From Eledone cirrhosa (Eukaryota), in NCBI GenBank assembly GCA_964016885.1, contig OZ024742.1:2480001-2544000 (forward strand): DNA of 64,000 nucleotides, read 5' to 3'. Made by a program: the position numbers and the translations under genes. The notes under the pieces are model-generated. The model was not told where the DNA came from. It made no database searches and worked only from the letters and a program-made list of their open reading frames with translations. Positions 1-14,437 of the stretch are shown in pieces. Within the stretch, counting starts at the first letter, position 1, and every line of letters starts with the position of its first letter.

Positions 1-2887
1 GATTACCTGTACAGGCAATATATATATCAGAATGGTGTATACATTTTTATCCCGGTATATATATATGGTGTCCCGGAAAAATATATACACACTTTGATTA
101 CTTGTACAGGCAATATATATATTAGAATGGTGTATACATTTTTAGGGACACCGGTATACATATATATATATATATATATATATGGTATGCCGGAAAAATG
201 TATACACACTTTGATTACTTGTACAGGCAATATATATATTAGAATGGTGTATACATTTTTAGGGACCCCGGTATATATATATATCGTGTCCCCGAAAAAT
301 GTATAAACACTTTGATTACCTGTATAGGCAATATATATATTAGAATGGTGTATACATTTTTAGGTACCCCGGTATATATATATGGTGTCCCGGAAAAATG
401 TATACACACTTTGATTACCTGTACAGGCAATATATATATTAGAATGGTGTATACATTTTTAGGGACCCCGGTATATATATATATATATATATATATATGG
501 TGTCCCGGAAAAATGTATACACACTTTGATTACCTGTACAAGCAATATATATATTAGAATGGTGTATACATTTTTACGGACACCGGTATATATATATGGT
601 GTCCCCGAAAAATGTATACACACTTTGATTACCTGTACAGGCAATATATATATTAGAATGGTGTATACATTTTTACCTCGGTATATATATATGGTGTCCC
701 GGAAAAATGTATACACACTTTGATTACTTGTACAGGCAATATATATATTAGAATGGTGTATACATTTTTAGGGACACCGGTATATATATATGGTGTCCCT
801 GAAAAATGTATACACACTTTGATTACCTGTACAGGCAATATATATATTAGAATGGTGTATACATTTTTAGGGACCCCGGTATATATATATATATATATGG
901 TGTCCTGGAAAAATGTATACACACTTTGATTACCTGTACAGGCAATATATATATTAGAATGGTGTCCCGGAAAAATGTATACACACTTTGATTACCTGTA
1001 CAGGCAATACATATATTAGAATGGTGTATACATTTTTAGGGACCCCGATATATATATATATGGTGTCCCGGAAAAATGTATACACACTTTGATTACCTGT
1101 ACAGGCAATATATATATTAGAATGGTGTATACATTTTTAGGGACCCCGGTATATATATATATATGGTGTCCCGGAAAAATGCATACACACTTTGATTACC
1201 TGTACAGGCAATATATATACTAGAATGGTGTATACATTTTTAGGGACCCCGGTATACATATATGGTGTCCCCGAAAAATAGAAAACACGCTTTGATCACC
1301 TCTACAGGCAATATATATATTAGAATGGTGTATACATTTTTAGGGACCCCGGTATATATATATATGGTGTCGCCGAAAAATGTATACACACTTTGATTAC
1401 CTGTACAGGCAATATATATATTAGAATGGTGTATACATTTTTAGGGACCCCGGTATACATATATATATATATATATATGGTATGCCGGAAAAATGTATAC
1501 ACACTTTGATTACTTGTACAGGCAATATATATATTAGAATGGTGTATACATTTTTAGGGACCCCGGTATATATATATATCGTGTCCCCGAAAAATGTATA
1601 AACACTTTGATTACCTGTATAGGCAATATATATATTAGAATGGTGTATACATTTTTAGGGACCCCGGTATATATATATGGTGTCCCCGAAAAATGTATAC
1701 ACACTTTGATTACCTGTACAGGCAATATATATATTAGAATGGTGTATACATTTTTATGGACCCCGGTATATATATATGGTGTCCCGGAAAAATGTATACA
1801 CACTTTGATTACCTGTACAGGCAATATATATATTAGAATGGTGTATACATTTTTAGGGACCCCGGTACACATATATATATCGTGTCCCCGAAAAATGTAT
1901 AAACACTTTGATTACCTGTATAGACAATATATATATTAGAATGGTGTATACATTTTTAGGGACCCCGGTATATATATATCGTGTCCCCGAAAAATGTATA
2001 AACACTTTGATTACCTGTATAGGCAATATATATATTAGAATGGTGTATACATTTTTAGGTACCCCGGTATATATATATGGTGTCCCCGAAAAACGTATAC
2101 ACACTTTGATTTCCTGTACAGGCAATATATATATTAGAATGGTGTATACACTTTTACGGACCCCAGTGTATATATATGGTGTCCCCGAAAAATGTATACA
2201 CACTTTGATTACATGTACAGGCAATATATATATTAGAATGGTGTATACATTTTTACCCCGGTATATATATATGGTGTCCCGGAAAAATATATACACACTT
2301 TGATTACTTGTACAGGCAATATATATATTAGAATGGTGTATACATTTTTAGGGACACCGGTATATATATATATGTTGTCCCCGAAAAATGTATACACACT
2401 TTGATTACCTGTACAGGCAATATCTATATTAGTATGGTGTATACATTTTTAGGGACACCGGTATATATATATGGTGTCCCCGAAAAATGTATACACACTT
2501 TGATTACCTGTACAGGCAATATATATATTAGAATGGTGTATACATTTTTAGGGACCCCGGTATATATATATATATATATATATATGGTGTCCCGGAAAAA
2601 TGTATACACACTTTGATTACCTGTACAGGCAATATATATATTAGAATGGTGTATACATTTTTAGGGACCCCGGTATATATATATATATATATATATATGG
2701 TGTCCCGGAAAAATGTATACACACTTTGATTACCTGTACAGGCAATATATATATTAGAATGGTGTATACATTTTTAGGGACCCCGGTATATATATATATA
2801 TGGTGTCCCGGAAAAATGTATACACACTTTGATTACCTGTACAGGCAATATATATATTAGAATGGTGTATACATTTTTAGGGACCCC

Positions 2888-2924
<37 letters not shown>

Positions 2925-5665
2925 TGTCCCGGAAAAATGTATACACACTTTGATTACCTGTACAAGCAATATATATATTAGAATGGTGTATACATTTTTA
3001 CGGACCCCGGTATATATATATGGTGTCCCCGAAAAATGTATACACACTTTGATTACCTGTACAGGCAATATATATATTAGAATGGTGTATACATTTTTAC
3101 CTCGGTATATATATATGGTGTCCCGGAAAAATGTATACACACTTTGATTACTTGTACAGGCAATATATATATTAGAATGGTGTATACATTTTTAGGGACA
3201 CCGGTATATATATATGGTGTCCCTGAAAAATGTATACACACTTTGATTACCTGTACAGGCAATATATATATTAGAATGGTGTATACATTTTTAGGGACCC
3301 CGGTATATATATATATATATATGGTGTCCTGGAAAAATGTATACACACTTTGATTACCTGTACAGGCAATATATATATATTAGAATGGTGTATACATTTT
3401 TAGGGACCCGGCATATATATATATATGGTGTCCCGGAAAAATGTATACACACTTTGATTACCTGTACAGGCAATACATATATTAGAATGGTGTATACATT
3501 TTTAGGGACCCCGATATATATATATATGGTGTCCCGGAAAAATGTATACACACTTTGATTACCTGTACAGGCAATATATATATTAGAATGGTGTATACAT
3601 TTTTAGGGACCCCGGTATATATATATATATGGTGTCCCGGAAAAATGCATACACACTTTGATTACCAGTACAGGCAATATATATACTAGAATGGTGTATA
3701 CATTTTTAGGGACCCCGGTATATATATATATCGTGTCCCCGAAAAATGTATACACGCTTTGATCACCTCTACAGGCAATATATATATTAGAATGGTGTAT
3801 ACATTTTTAGGGACCCCGGTATATATATATATGGTGTCGCCGAAAAATGTATACACACTTTTATTACCTGTACAGGCAATATATATATTAGAATGGTGTA
3901 TACATTTTTAGGGACCCCGGTATACATATATATATATATATATATGGTATGCCGGAAAAATGTATACACACTTTGATTACTTGTACAGGCAATATATATA
4001 TTAGAATGGTGTATACATTTTTAGGGACCCCGGTATATATATATATCGTGTCCCCGAAAAATGTATACACACTTTGATTACCTGTACAGGCAATATATAT
4101 ATTAGAATGGTGTATACATTTTTATGGACCCCGGTATATATATATGGTGTCCCGGAAAAATGTATACACACTTTGATTACCTGTACAGGCAATATATATA
4201 TTAGAATGGTGTATACATTTTTAGGGACCCCGGTACACATATATATATATATATGGTATCCCGGAAAAATGTATACACACTTTGATTACTTGTACAGGCA
4301 ATATATATATTAGAATGGTGTATACATTTTTACCTCGGTATATATATATGGTGTCCCGGAAAAATGTATACACACTTTGATTACTTGTACAGGCAATATA
4401 TATATTAGAATGGTGTATACATTTTTAGGGACCCCGGTATATATATATGGTGTCACCGAAAAATGTATACACACTTTGATTACCTGTACAGGCAATATAT
4501 ATATTAGAATGGTGTATACATTTTTAGGGACACCGGTATATATATATATATATATATATGGTGTCCCGGAAAAATGGATACACACTTTTATTACCTGTAC
4601 AGGCAATATATATATTAGAATGGTGTATACATTTTTACGGACCCCGATATATATATATGGTGTCCCGGAAAAATGTATACACACTTTGATTACTTGTGCA
4701 GGCAATATATATATTAGAATGGTGTATACATTTTTAGTGACACCGGTATATATATATGGTGTCCCCGAAAAATGTATACACACTTTGATTACCTGTACAA
4801 GCAATATCTATATTAGTATGGTGTATACAGTTTTAGGGACACCGGTATATATATATATATATATATGGTGTCCCCGAAAAATGTATACACACTTTGATTA
4901 CCTGTACAGGCAATATATATATTAGAATGGTGTATACATTTTTAGGGACCCCGGTATACATATATATATATATATATGGTATCCCGGAAAAATGTATACA
5001 CACTTTGATTACTTGTACAGGCAATATATATATTAGAATGGTGTATACATTTTTAGGGACCCCGGTATATATATATGGTGTCCCCGAAAAATGTATACAC
5101 ACTTTGATTACCTGTACAGGCAATATATATATTAGAATGGTGTATACATTTTTAGGGATCCCGGTATATATATATATCTATATGGTGTCCCCGAAAAATG
5201 TATACACACTTTGATTACCTGTACAGGCAATATATTTATTAGAATGGTGTATACATTTTTACCCCGGTATATATATATAGTGTCCCGGAAAAATGTATAC
5301 ACACTTTGATTACTTGTACAGGCAATATATATATTAGAATGGTGTATACATTTTTACCCCGGTATATATATATGGTGTCCCGGAAAAATGTATACACACT
5401 TTGATTACTTGTACAGGCAATATATATATTAGAATGGTGTATACATTTTTGGGGACACCGGTATATATATATGGTGTCCCCGAAAAATGTATACACACTT
5501 TGATTACCTGTTCAGGCAATATCTATATTAGTATGGTGTATACATTTTTAGGGACACCGGTATATATATATATATATATGGTGTCCCGGAAAAATGCATA
5601 CACACTTTGATTACCTGTACAGGCAATATATATATTAGAATGGTGTATACATTTTTAGGGACCCC

Positions 5666-5703
<38 letters not shown>

Positions 5704-7430
5704 CCCGGAAAAATGTATACGCACTTTGATTACCTGTATAGGCAATATATATATTAGAATGGTGTATACAATTTTAGGGACCCCGGTATATATATATATA
5801 TATATATATATATGGTGTCCCTGAAAAATGTATACACACTTTGATTACCTGTCCAGGCAATATATATATTAGAATGGTGTATACATTTTTAGGGACCCCG
5901 GTATATATATATATATATGGTGTCCCCGAAAAATGTATAAACACCTTGATTACCTGTATAGGCAATATGTATATTAGAATGGTGTATACATTTTTAGGGA
6001 CACCGGTATATATATATGGTGTCCCCAAAAAATGTATACACACTTTGATTACCTGTACAGGCAATATATATATTAGAATGGTGTATACATTTTTAGGGAC
6101 CCCGGTATATATATATGGTGTCCCGGAAAAATGTATACACACTTTGATTACTTGTACAGGCACTATATATATTAGAATGGTGTATACATTTTTAGGGACC
6201 CCGGTATATATATATGGTGTCCCCGAAAAATGTATACACACTTTGATTACCTGTACAGGCAATATATATATTAGAATGGTGTATACATTTTTAGGGACCC
6301 CGGTATATATATATATATATATATATGGTGTCCTGGAAAAATGGATACACACTTTTATTACCTGTACAGGCAATATATATATTAGAATGGTGTATACATT
6401 TTTACGGACCCCGGTATATATATATGGTGTCCCGGAAAAATGTATACACACTTTGATTACTTGTGCAGGCAATATATATATTAGAATGGTGTATACATTT
6501 TTGGGGACACCGGTATATATATATATATATGGTGTCCCCGAAAAATGTATACACACTTTGATTACCTGTACAGGCAATATATATATTAGAATGGTGTATA
6601 CATTTTTAGGGACCCCGGTATACATATATATATATATATATGGTATCCCGGAAAAATGTATACACACTTTGATTACTTGTACAGGCAATATATATATTAG
6701 AATGGTGTATACATTTTTAGGGACCCCGGTATATATATATGGTGTCCCCGAAAAATGTATACACACTTTGATTACCTGTACAGGCAATATATATATTAGA
6801 ATGGTGTATACATTTTTAGGGATCCCGGTATATATATATATCTATATGGTGTCCCGGAAAAATGTATACACACTTTGATTACCTGTACAGGCAATATATA
6901 TATTAGAATGGAGTATACATTTTTACGGACCCCGGTATATATATGGTGTCCCCGAAAAATGTATACACACTTTGATTACCTGTACAGGCAATATATATAT
7001 TAGAATGGTGTATACATTTTTGGGGACACCGGTATATATATATGGTGTCCCCGAAAAATGTATACACACTTTGATTACCTGTACAGGCAATATATATATT
7101 AGAATGGTGTATACATTTTTACCCCGGTATATATATATGGTGTCCCGGAAAAATGTATACACACTTTGATTACTTGTACAGGCAATATATATATTAGAAT
7201 GGTGTATACATTTTTGGGGTCACCGGTATATATATATGGTGTCCCCGAAAAATGTATACACACTTTGATTACCTGTTCAGGCAATATCTATATTAGTATG
7301 GTGTATACATTTTTAGGGACACCGGTATATATATATATATATATGGTGTCCCGGAAAAATGCATACACACTCTGATTACCTGTACAGGCAATATATATAT
7401 TAGAATGGTGTATACATTTTTAGGGACCCC

Positions 7431-7465
<35 letters not shown>

Positions 7466-7549
7466 TGTCCCGGAAAAATGTATACGCACTTTGATTACCT
7501 GTATAGGCAATATATATATTAGAATGGTGTATACAATTTTAGGGACCCC

Positions 7550-7622
<73 letters not shown>

Positions 7623-8856
7623 TGTCCCTGAAAAATGTATACACACTTTGATTACCTGTACAGGCAATATATATATTAGAATGGTGTATACATCTTTAGG
7701 GACCCCGGTATATATATATATGGTGTCCCCGAAAAATGTATAAACACCTTGATTACCTGTATAGGCAATATATATATTAGAATGGTGTATACATTTTTAG
7801 GGACACCGGTATATATATATGGTGTCCCCCAAAAATGTATACACACTTTGATTACCTGTACAGGCAATATATATATTAGAATGGTGTATACATTTTTAGG
7901 GACCCCGGTATATATATATATATATATATATATGGTGTCCCCGAAAAATGTATAAACACCTTGATTACCTGTATAGGCAATATATATATTAGAATGGTGT
8001 ATACATTTTTAGGGACACCGGTATATATATATGGTGTCCCCCAAAAATGTATACACACTTTGATTACCTGTACAGGCAATATATATATTAGAATGGTGTA
8101 TACATTTTTAGGGACCTCAGTATATATATATATGGTGTCCCGGAAAAATGTATACACACTTTGATTACCTGTACAGGCAATATATATATTAGAATGGTGT
8201 ATACATTTTTAGGGAGCCCGGTATATATATATATATATGGTGTCCCGGAAAAATGTATACACACTTTGATTACCTGTACAGGCAATATATATATTAGAAT
8301 GGTGTATACATTTTTAGGGACCCCGGTATATATGTATAAATATATGGTGTCCCGGAAAAATGTATACGCACTTTGATTACCTGTACAGGCAATATATATA
8401 TTAGAATGGTGTATACATTTTTAGGGACCCCGGTATATATATATATATATGGTGTCCCGGAAAAATGTATACACACTTTGATTACCTGTACAAGCAATAT
8501 ATATATTAGAATGGTGTATACATTTTTAGGGATCCCGGTATATATATATATTTATATATGGTGTCCCGGAAAAATGTATACACACTTTGATTACCTGTAC
8601 AGGCAATATATATATAAGAATGGTGTATACATTTTTAGGGACCCCGGTATATATATATATATATATGGTGTCCCGGAAAAATGTATACACACTTTGATTA
8701 CCTGTACAGGCAATATATATATTAGAATGGTGTATACATTTTTAGGGACCCCGGTATATATATATATGGTGTCCCGGAAAAATGTATACACACTTTGATT
8801 ACCTGTACAGGCAATATATATATTAGAATGGTGTATACATATTTAGGGACCCCGGT

Positions 8857-8897
<41 letters not shown>

Positions 8898-9487
8898 ATC
8901 CCGGAAAAATGTATACACACTTTGTTTACTTGTACAGGCAATATATATATTAGAATGGTGTATACATCTTTAGGGACCCCGGTATATATATATATCGTGT
9001 CCCCGAAAAATGTATAAACACTTTGATTACCTGTATAGGCAATATATATATTAGAATGGTGTATACATTTTTAGGGACCCCGGTATATATATATGGTGTC
9101 CCCGAAAAATGTATACACACTTTGATTACCTGTACAGGCAATATATATATTAGAATGGTGTATACATTTTTAGGGACACCGGTATATATATATGGTGTCC
9201 CCGAAAGATGTATACACACTTTGATTACCTGTACAGGCAATATCTATATTAGTATGGTGTATACAGTTTTAGGGACACCGGTATATATATATATATATGG
9301 TGTCCCGGAAAAATGTATACACACTTTGATTACCTGTACAGGCAATATCTATATTAGAATGGTGTATACATTTTTAGGGACCCCGGTATATATATATATA
9401 TATATACATGGTGTCCCCGAAAAATGTATACACACTTTGATTACCTGTACAGGCAATATATATATTAGAATGGTGTATACATTTTTT
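1..9487. repeat. Satellite array: ~88-bp conserved core plus variable (TA)n spacer, commonest period ~99 bp, roughly 90 units; runs off the left edge of the window
   Basis: Core GGTGTCCCGGAAAAATGTATACACACTTTGATTACCTGTACAGGCAATATATATATTAGAATGGTGTATACATTTTTAGGGACCCCGG repeats head-to-tail; its ends are ~25-bp inverted repeats. Confidence 0.97.
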
Positions 9488-9816
9488 ATATAATACTAAA
9501 AGTCTGTGATTGATTGCTTGCTTATCTGTAATGTAATGCAGCCAAAAGGGCGCATAATGGGAAAATACTGTGAAAGGAAGTTGACCCTGAAATGGGAATA
9601 CAAATGGAACAAAACAAATTTCGCGTAAATCGGACCGCGGGTTCCCGACATATGGGGTTTTTTCCTGGTGCCTTTATAAACAAAGTAAACAAAGTAAACA
9701 AAGAGAGAAAAAGATAGAGAGAAAGAGATAGTGGTTGTGTGAGAGTAAATTGAAAGAGAGACAGAAAGAGGGAGAGGAGACAGAGAATGAAAATGGAAGA
9801 GAGCTGGTGGTGCTGT

Positions 9817-9870
<54 letters not shown>

Positions 9871-10540
9871 AGTGTGTGTGAATATATATATCTGTTAGAA
9901 CACGAAAAGTGTGAAACAACAGAATGTTCACTTTTCGTGTTCTAACATATATGCCTAACTTCTTCATAAATTTTCCCGGGATAGCCGTGGTGGTGGTGAT
10001 CGTATGTCATTGGCTAATTTTCAACCAATCAGAGTAAGTGTTGATATATATATATATATATACTATTCCCCCTCTCTCTCTATATATCTTACGCTTTCGC
10101 TTTACACTCCTCCCCTTCAATAACACATTTCCCCCTCTCTATATATCTCTTCCACTGTTACTTACGCCTGTTTCTCTCTATCTGTTCCGTCTCTATATAT
10201 ATCTCTCTTACTCTTTCGCTTTGCACTCCTCCCCTTCAATACCATCTCTCCCCCTCTCTATATATTTGTTACTCTATCGCTGCACGCTCCTCTCCTTCAA
10301 TATATCAATTACACACGCGTTACACTCCTTTATCCCCAGCGCCCCTATATATACACCCCCCTCCCGCATCTATATTTTAATGTTCCGTTGCACCGTGAAT
10401 ATATGTGTCTATATATATATACATATATATTGTATATACACATTCATGTATGTGTATACACACTCATGTATGTATATACACTGGTTTTATGTGTGTATTG
10501 TAAATTTGTACTGTTAAAACACGAAACTAACATTCGATTG

Positions 10541-10616
10541 ACACTTTGATTACCTGTACAGGCAATAGTTATTAGAATGCTGTTGAAGTGTGTATATATT
10601 TTTGGGGGACATCCTG
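10541..10616 (+). mobile_element. Tc1/mariner-like transposon terminus homologous to the satellite unit
   Basis: Shares ACACTTTGATTACCTGTACAGGCAATA..TTAGAATG with the satellite; ends GTGTGTATATATTTTTGGGGGACATCCTG|TA (reverse complement CAGGATGTCCCCC.., mariner-type TIR followed by TA). Confidence 0.7.
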
Positions 10617-10969
10617 TATATACACACATTATATATAATACAATAAACAGATAAATACACACATATATATATGAGCTTATTTAATTATAAATATCGTGAA
10701 TTTTTAACTCAGTTCAATTATATATATAAATGGCTTCTACAGGATTAGAACTGTTTCATTCGAAAGAAATCATCATAATATTGAGAGGGGGGACTAAATA
10801 AAATATTTCAAATCAAATGTGTATAAGTTATAAGTTAAAATGTATAAATAGAGACGATAGTGGAGGTATATCTGTTTAGTGGAACAGTAGACGATAGAAT
10901 TAAATACAGACGAGAATCTCCCTTTAATGAAACAGCAGACGATAGAATTAAGGCAATTTAAATTTTAAG

Positions 10970-11022
10970 CATTTGCATTTCATCGTTACGGGGTCGATAA
11001 AATAAAGTACCAGTAATACACC
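10970..11022 (+). mobile_element. SINE core fragment
   Basis: TTTCATCGTTACGGGGTCGATAAAATAAAGTACCAGTAATACAC matches the SINE copies elsewhere in the window. Confidence 0.7.
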
Positions 11023-11385
11023 GTCACTATAAGTGGACGACTTTCAAATTGAATTGTTGGTTCCATTTCTTTAGTATTTTCAATTGTAGTTATCTACTTA
11101 TAAAGCGTTACACGGTTAGAGACATAATTGGTAAGTTATATCTTCCCTATTAAACCATTGCATTATTTCGCCTACAATAGAACAACAATGAAATGTTCTT
11201 TAAAGAAACAGGAATATAACTTTATAAAAAAAAAAGTTGCATCCGCTTCTTTTATCATTGATAATTTTTTCGTTTTAATATTAATTGTTTTTTGTAGTTG
11301 TTTATATTAAAAATCTTACTGTAATATTTACTTAAACGAAGGCAGACATCTAAACTTATAGATTAATCTTGAGCGAAGGACTAGA

Positions 11386-11443
<58 letters not shown>

Positions 11444-11749
11444 AACGAAGAATGATAACATTTCAAGCAAAGAGTTACAAATTTGTTTCAGTATATATTT
11501 AATATAATATTAATATATTTTGTAATATTATTAACTAATTATTATAATTAGCGCTTCAGGCTTTGTCTATATACTGAAACAAATTTGTAAGTCATTACCT
11601 AATTAAACTCTTGCTTGAAATTTTATCACTCTTCGTTTTGAATTTCTCCTAAGTATTCAATACTCTGTTGAGAAATACATTTTACATAAACAGTCTTTGT
11701 ACCATTTATACGGTATTAATTACTTATATTTATATATATATATATATAG

Positions 11750-11887
11750 CGTATGATTAGAACTGTGTTTATTATTAATATTTTAATGGATTTAATGAAA
11801 AATTTTAGGTGTTCATATATATATTCTAAAAATGCGCGAAATCGTGAATCCGCGATAGTTGAACCGCCAAGTAGCGAGGTATCACTG
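11750..11887 (+). mobile_element. pogo/Tigger-type DNA transposon end fragment
   Basis: Ends GTAGCGAGGTATCACTG|TA (reverse complement CAGTGATACCTCGCTA), a Tigger-like TIR followed by TA. Confidence 0.6.
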
Positions 11888-11915
11888 TATATATGTTTAA
11901 ATATATAGTGTAGCT

Positions 11916-12380
11916 GTGATGTATCTCGCGAGTGAATCGAGACCTGTCACTGATTTTGGTGTCCTCACTGCCGATGTGAATGAGCAACGCTGCACTTGTG
12001 AATTGGGTCTTGATGTTGCAGGCAGTTCATATACTTACAATGATGCGGTCCCACAAGCTTGTTCACATTCCTGTGCTAATAATCTAGATGGGCGTATTAA
12101 ATTGGATGTGAAAGCAGCTTACCGGATGCGGAATCGGGAGAAGTTGAGACAAAAACAGGCCGATTATAGAACTGTGAATTTTGCTAAATTAACACAAAAA
12201 CAGGCCACGTATAGATGTTCAAAACGGTATGAGTTGGCAAACAAGCAGGCCAAGTATAGATCTGCAAATTCAGCTATTATATCTCAAAAGCAAGCCGAGC
12301 GTAGAGCTTCTAAACGTACCGAGTTGGCTAAAGAGCAGACCAAGTACAGATCTGCAAATATCTTATTGCACAAACAATAA
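11916..12380 (+). pseudogene. Degenerate ORF with basic KQAxYR repeats, possibly a Helitron Rep N-terminal remnant
   Basis: Quasi-repeats KQADYR/KQATYR/KQAKYR/EQTKYR; lies inside the putative Helitron; no catalytic motif seen. Confidence 0.3.
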
Positions 12381-12589
12381 TTCTGCACAAATGTTGCTCC
12401 ATTATTAGATCTAATGTTGCAACGATACAGTTAAATGTTGTCTGTGTATTTTAAAAAAGATTTGCTTATAATCTTTTCAAATTTCATTACGCCAATGATT
12501 CAAGCTCAAATTGACATTATCTAAAAAATTGTACAAACAGCGGTGGATTAGCAGTAGTGAACAGATAAATCAGTCAATTTATTAAGATT

Positions 12590-13246
12590 GACTTGGCATC
12601 AATCAGCAAGACCTTCATTAGCTGCCCGCCAGCCATCTATTTAAAGCTGTATACATCTATGGTACGAATACACTTGGAGTTCGCGTCATCAGTCTGGAAC
12701 CCCTATCTTGCTCAGAACATTAACCTCCTGGAAACTGTTCAGAGACATGCAACCAAGCGCATACCCTCCATCAGACACCTACCATACCCTGAATATTTTG
12801 CTTCCCTCTGGCAATGGACTTGGTAAACACCCACAAAGTTATTAACCATCCGACCAACAACAACCCCGAACACCTTTTTTATCTCCATGTGTCTAACACG
12901 TGGACATGCCTACAAAGTCAGAAAACAACACAGCTCCCATGACTTTAGGAAATATTTCTTCATGCTCAGAGTTGCTGAAGGATGGAACAAACTTCCTGCA
13001 TCAGTTGTTAGCTGATGACACACTGCATCCTTTAAAACCATCATACATTCCGAAATACACCAAAACTACACCTGATGTCCCCCTTCCATACACATGCACA
13101 TATGTGTATATCATGACTCATGCACTGTTCTTTTTTCCTGACGTTTTTATATTACCCTATGTATTATATATGCACTTTTGATGAGTTGTAGTGCACCTCA
13201 GCATTGTACACAATATTTTCATTATTATTATCATTATTATTATTAC
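12590..13246 (+). mobile_element. 5'-truncated CR1-group LINE 3' end
   Basis: LKLYTSMVRIHLEFASSVWNPY..LETVQRHATKRIP, then FFMLRVAEGWNKLP (CR1-type C-terminus); (ATT)n tail at ~13221-13246. Confidence 0.85.
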
Positions 13247-13699
13247 ACTCATTGATCCATTTTGCACTAACTCTGCATCAAGCACCCTCACCTAAATATT
13301 AACCAATCAAGGATCCAATACAGCTATCTGTTGGATGAGTATTGTATAGTGCCAAAAACGAAACCAATCAGTTTAGCAGAAAGTTTCCAGACAAGAAACA
13401 CGCATATTTTGCTATCCTCAAACACGTTTACACATGGCATGAAATATAACTAATCCGAGATGGCTAGGTTTCATCTTCTAACTGGATATACGAAATCCAT
13501 TATGTCTTGACAACAACATGAGGTAACATTATGTTATTCACAGACACACTTTGTACACTGTTCCATATCAGAATGTATTTCCTTCGTCATATTCACAAAC
13601 AGTAGTGAAAATATGTTCTTCGGCAAATAAAAATGTTTTGTTCATAATATTTCAACTAGCGATTGCTCTACTCCACGCACGACCACCATAAATTAATGA

Positions 13700-13888
13700 C
13701 CAGCTCAACACAAGTATTGGTAGAGCGTCAGACACCATGCTTTGCAGTATTGTTATGGTCCTTTGCATTCTAAGTTCAAATCCTGCCGAGGTTAACTTCG
13801 ACTTTCATACTTACTAATTCGATAAAATAAAGTACCAGTAATGGACTGCCGTAATGGATTTGTGCCGAAAAATAGAAACACTATTAAT
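13700..13888 (+). mobile_element. tRNA-derived SINE (diverged)
   Basis: GGTAGAGCG A-box-like, AGTTCAAATCC B-box-like, core GATAAAATAAAGTACCAG, 3' TGTGCC..TAGAAAC. Confidence 0.8.
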
Positions 13889-14437
13889 GTGCAATAAGAG
13901 CAAAATATAACGACATTGCTCAATTATTTTATCTAATGTTGTAATAACACAAGGAAATGTTGTTTGTGTATTTTTTTTTATATTTGCTCATAGGCTTTTA
14001 CAATTTCGCTCAGCCAACAACTATTAAAAAGTGAGTTGCTTAAGATAACAATTTAATCACAAATTGTTGCTATCTTTTAATACACTCCAACAAGTCATCA
14101 AATTATGTACAATAAAAACAAATCTTATTAATTTGCTCAGGGAATATAAAGAAAATGTATATACACTGATAATTGCAATTGTATGTAAATATTTTGTTTT
14201 TGTATTGTTTATTTTATGTTTTCTATTATGTATAATATATTGATTTAATATTGATTGTTTTTTGTAGTTGTTTATATTAAAAGTCTGAAAATATTTTTAT
14301 ACATCTTACACTAATATTTATAAGATAATTTATAATAACAATTACATAATCTAATTACATTACAACGATAATTTATTATTAATATATATCCTGTTTAACT
14401 AGAGTTATTACAAGCGTTGCCTTAAAAAATATTAAAC

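Noticed and set aside
1-9487. CRISPR-like repeat-spacer appearance
   Set aside because: Spacers are only (TA)n of variable length, the context is eukaryotic, and no cas genes are present
27-9493. Many ORFs up to 345 aa in the satellite ([16 protein letters not shown].. repeats)
   Set aside because: Artefact of a 99-bp (33-codon) period; the frame breaks whenever (TA)n length changes, and ORFs occur on both strands
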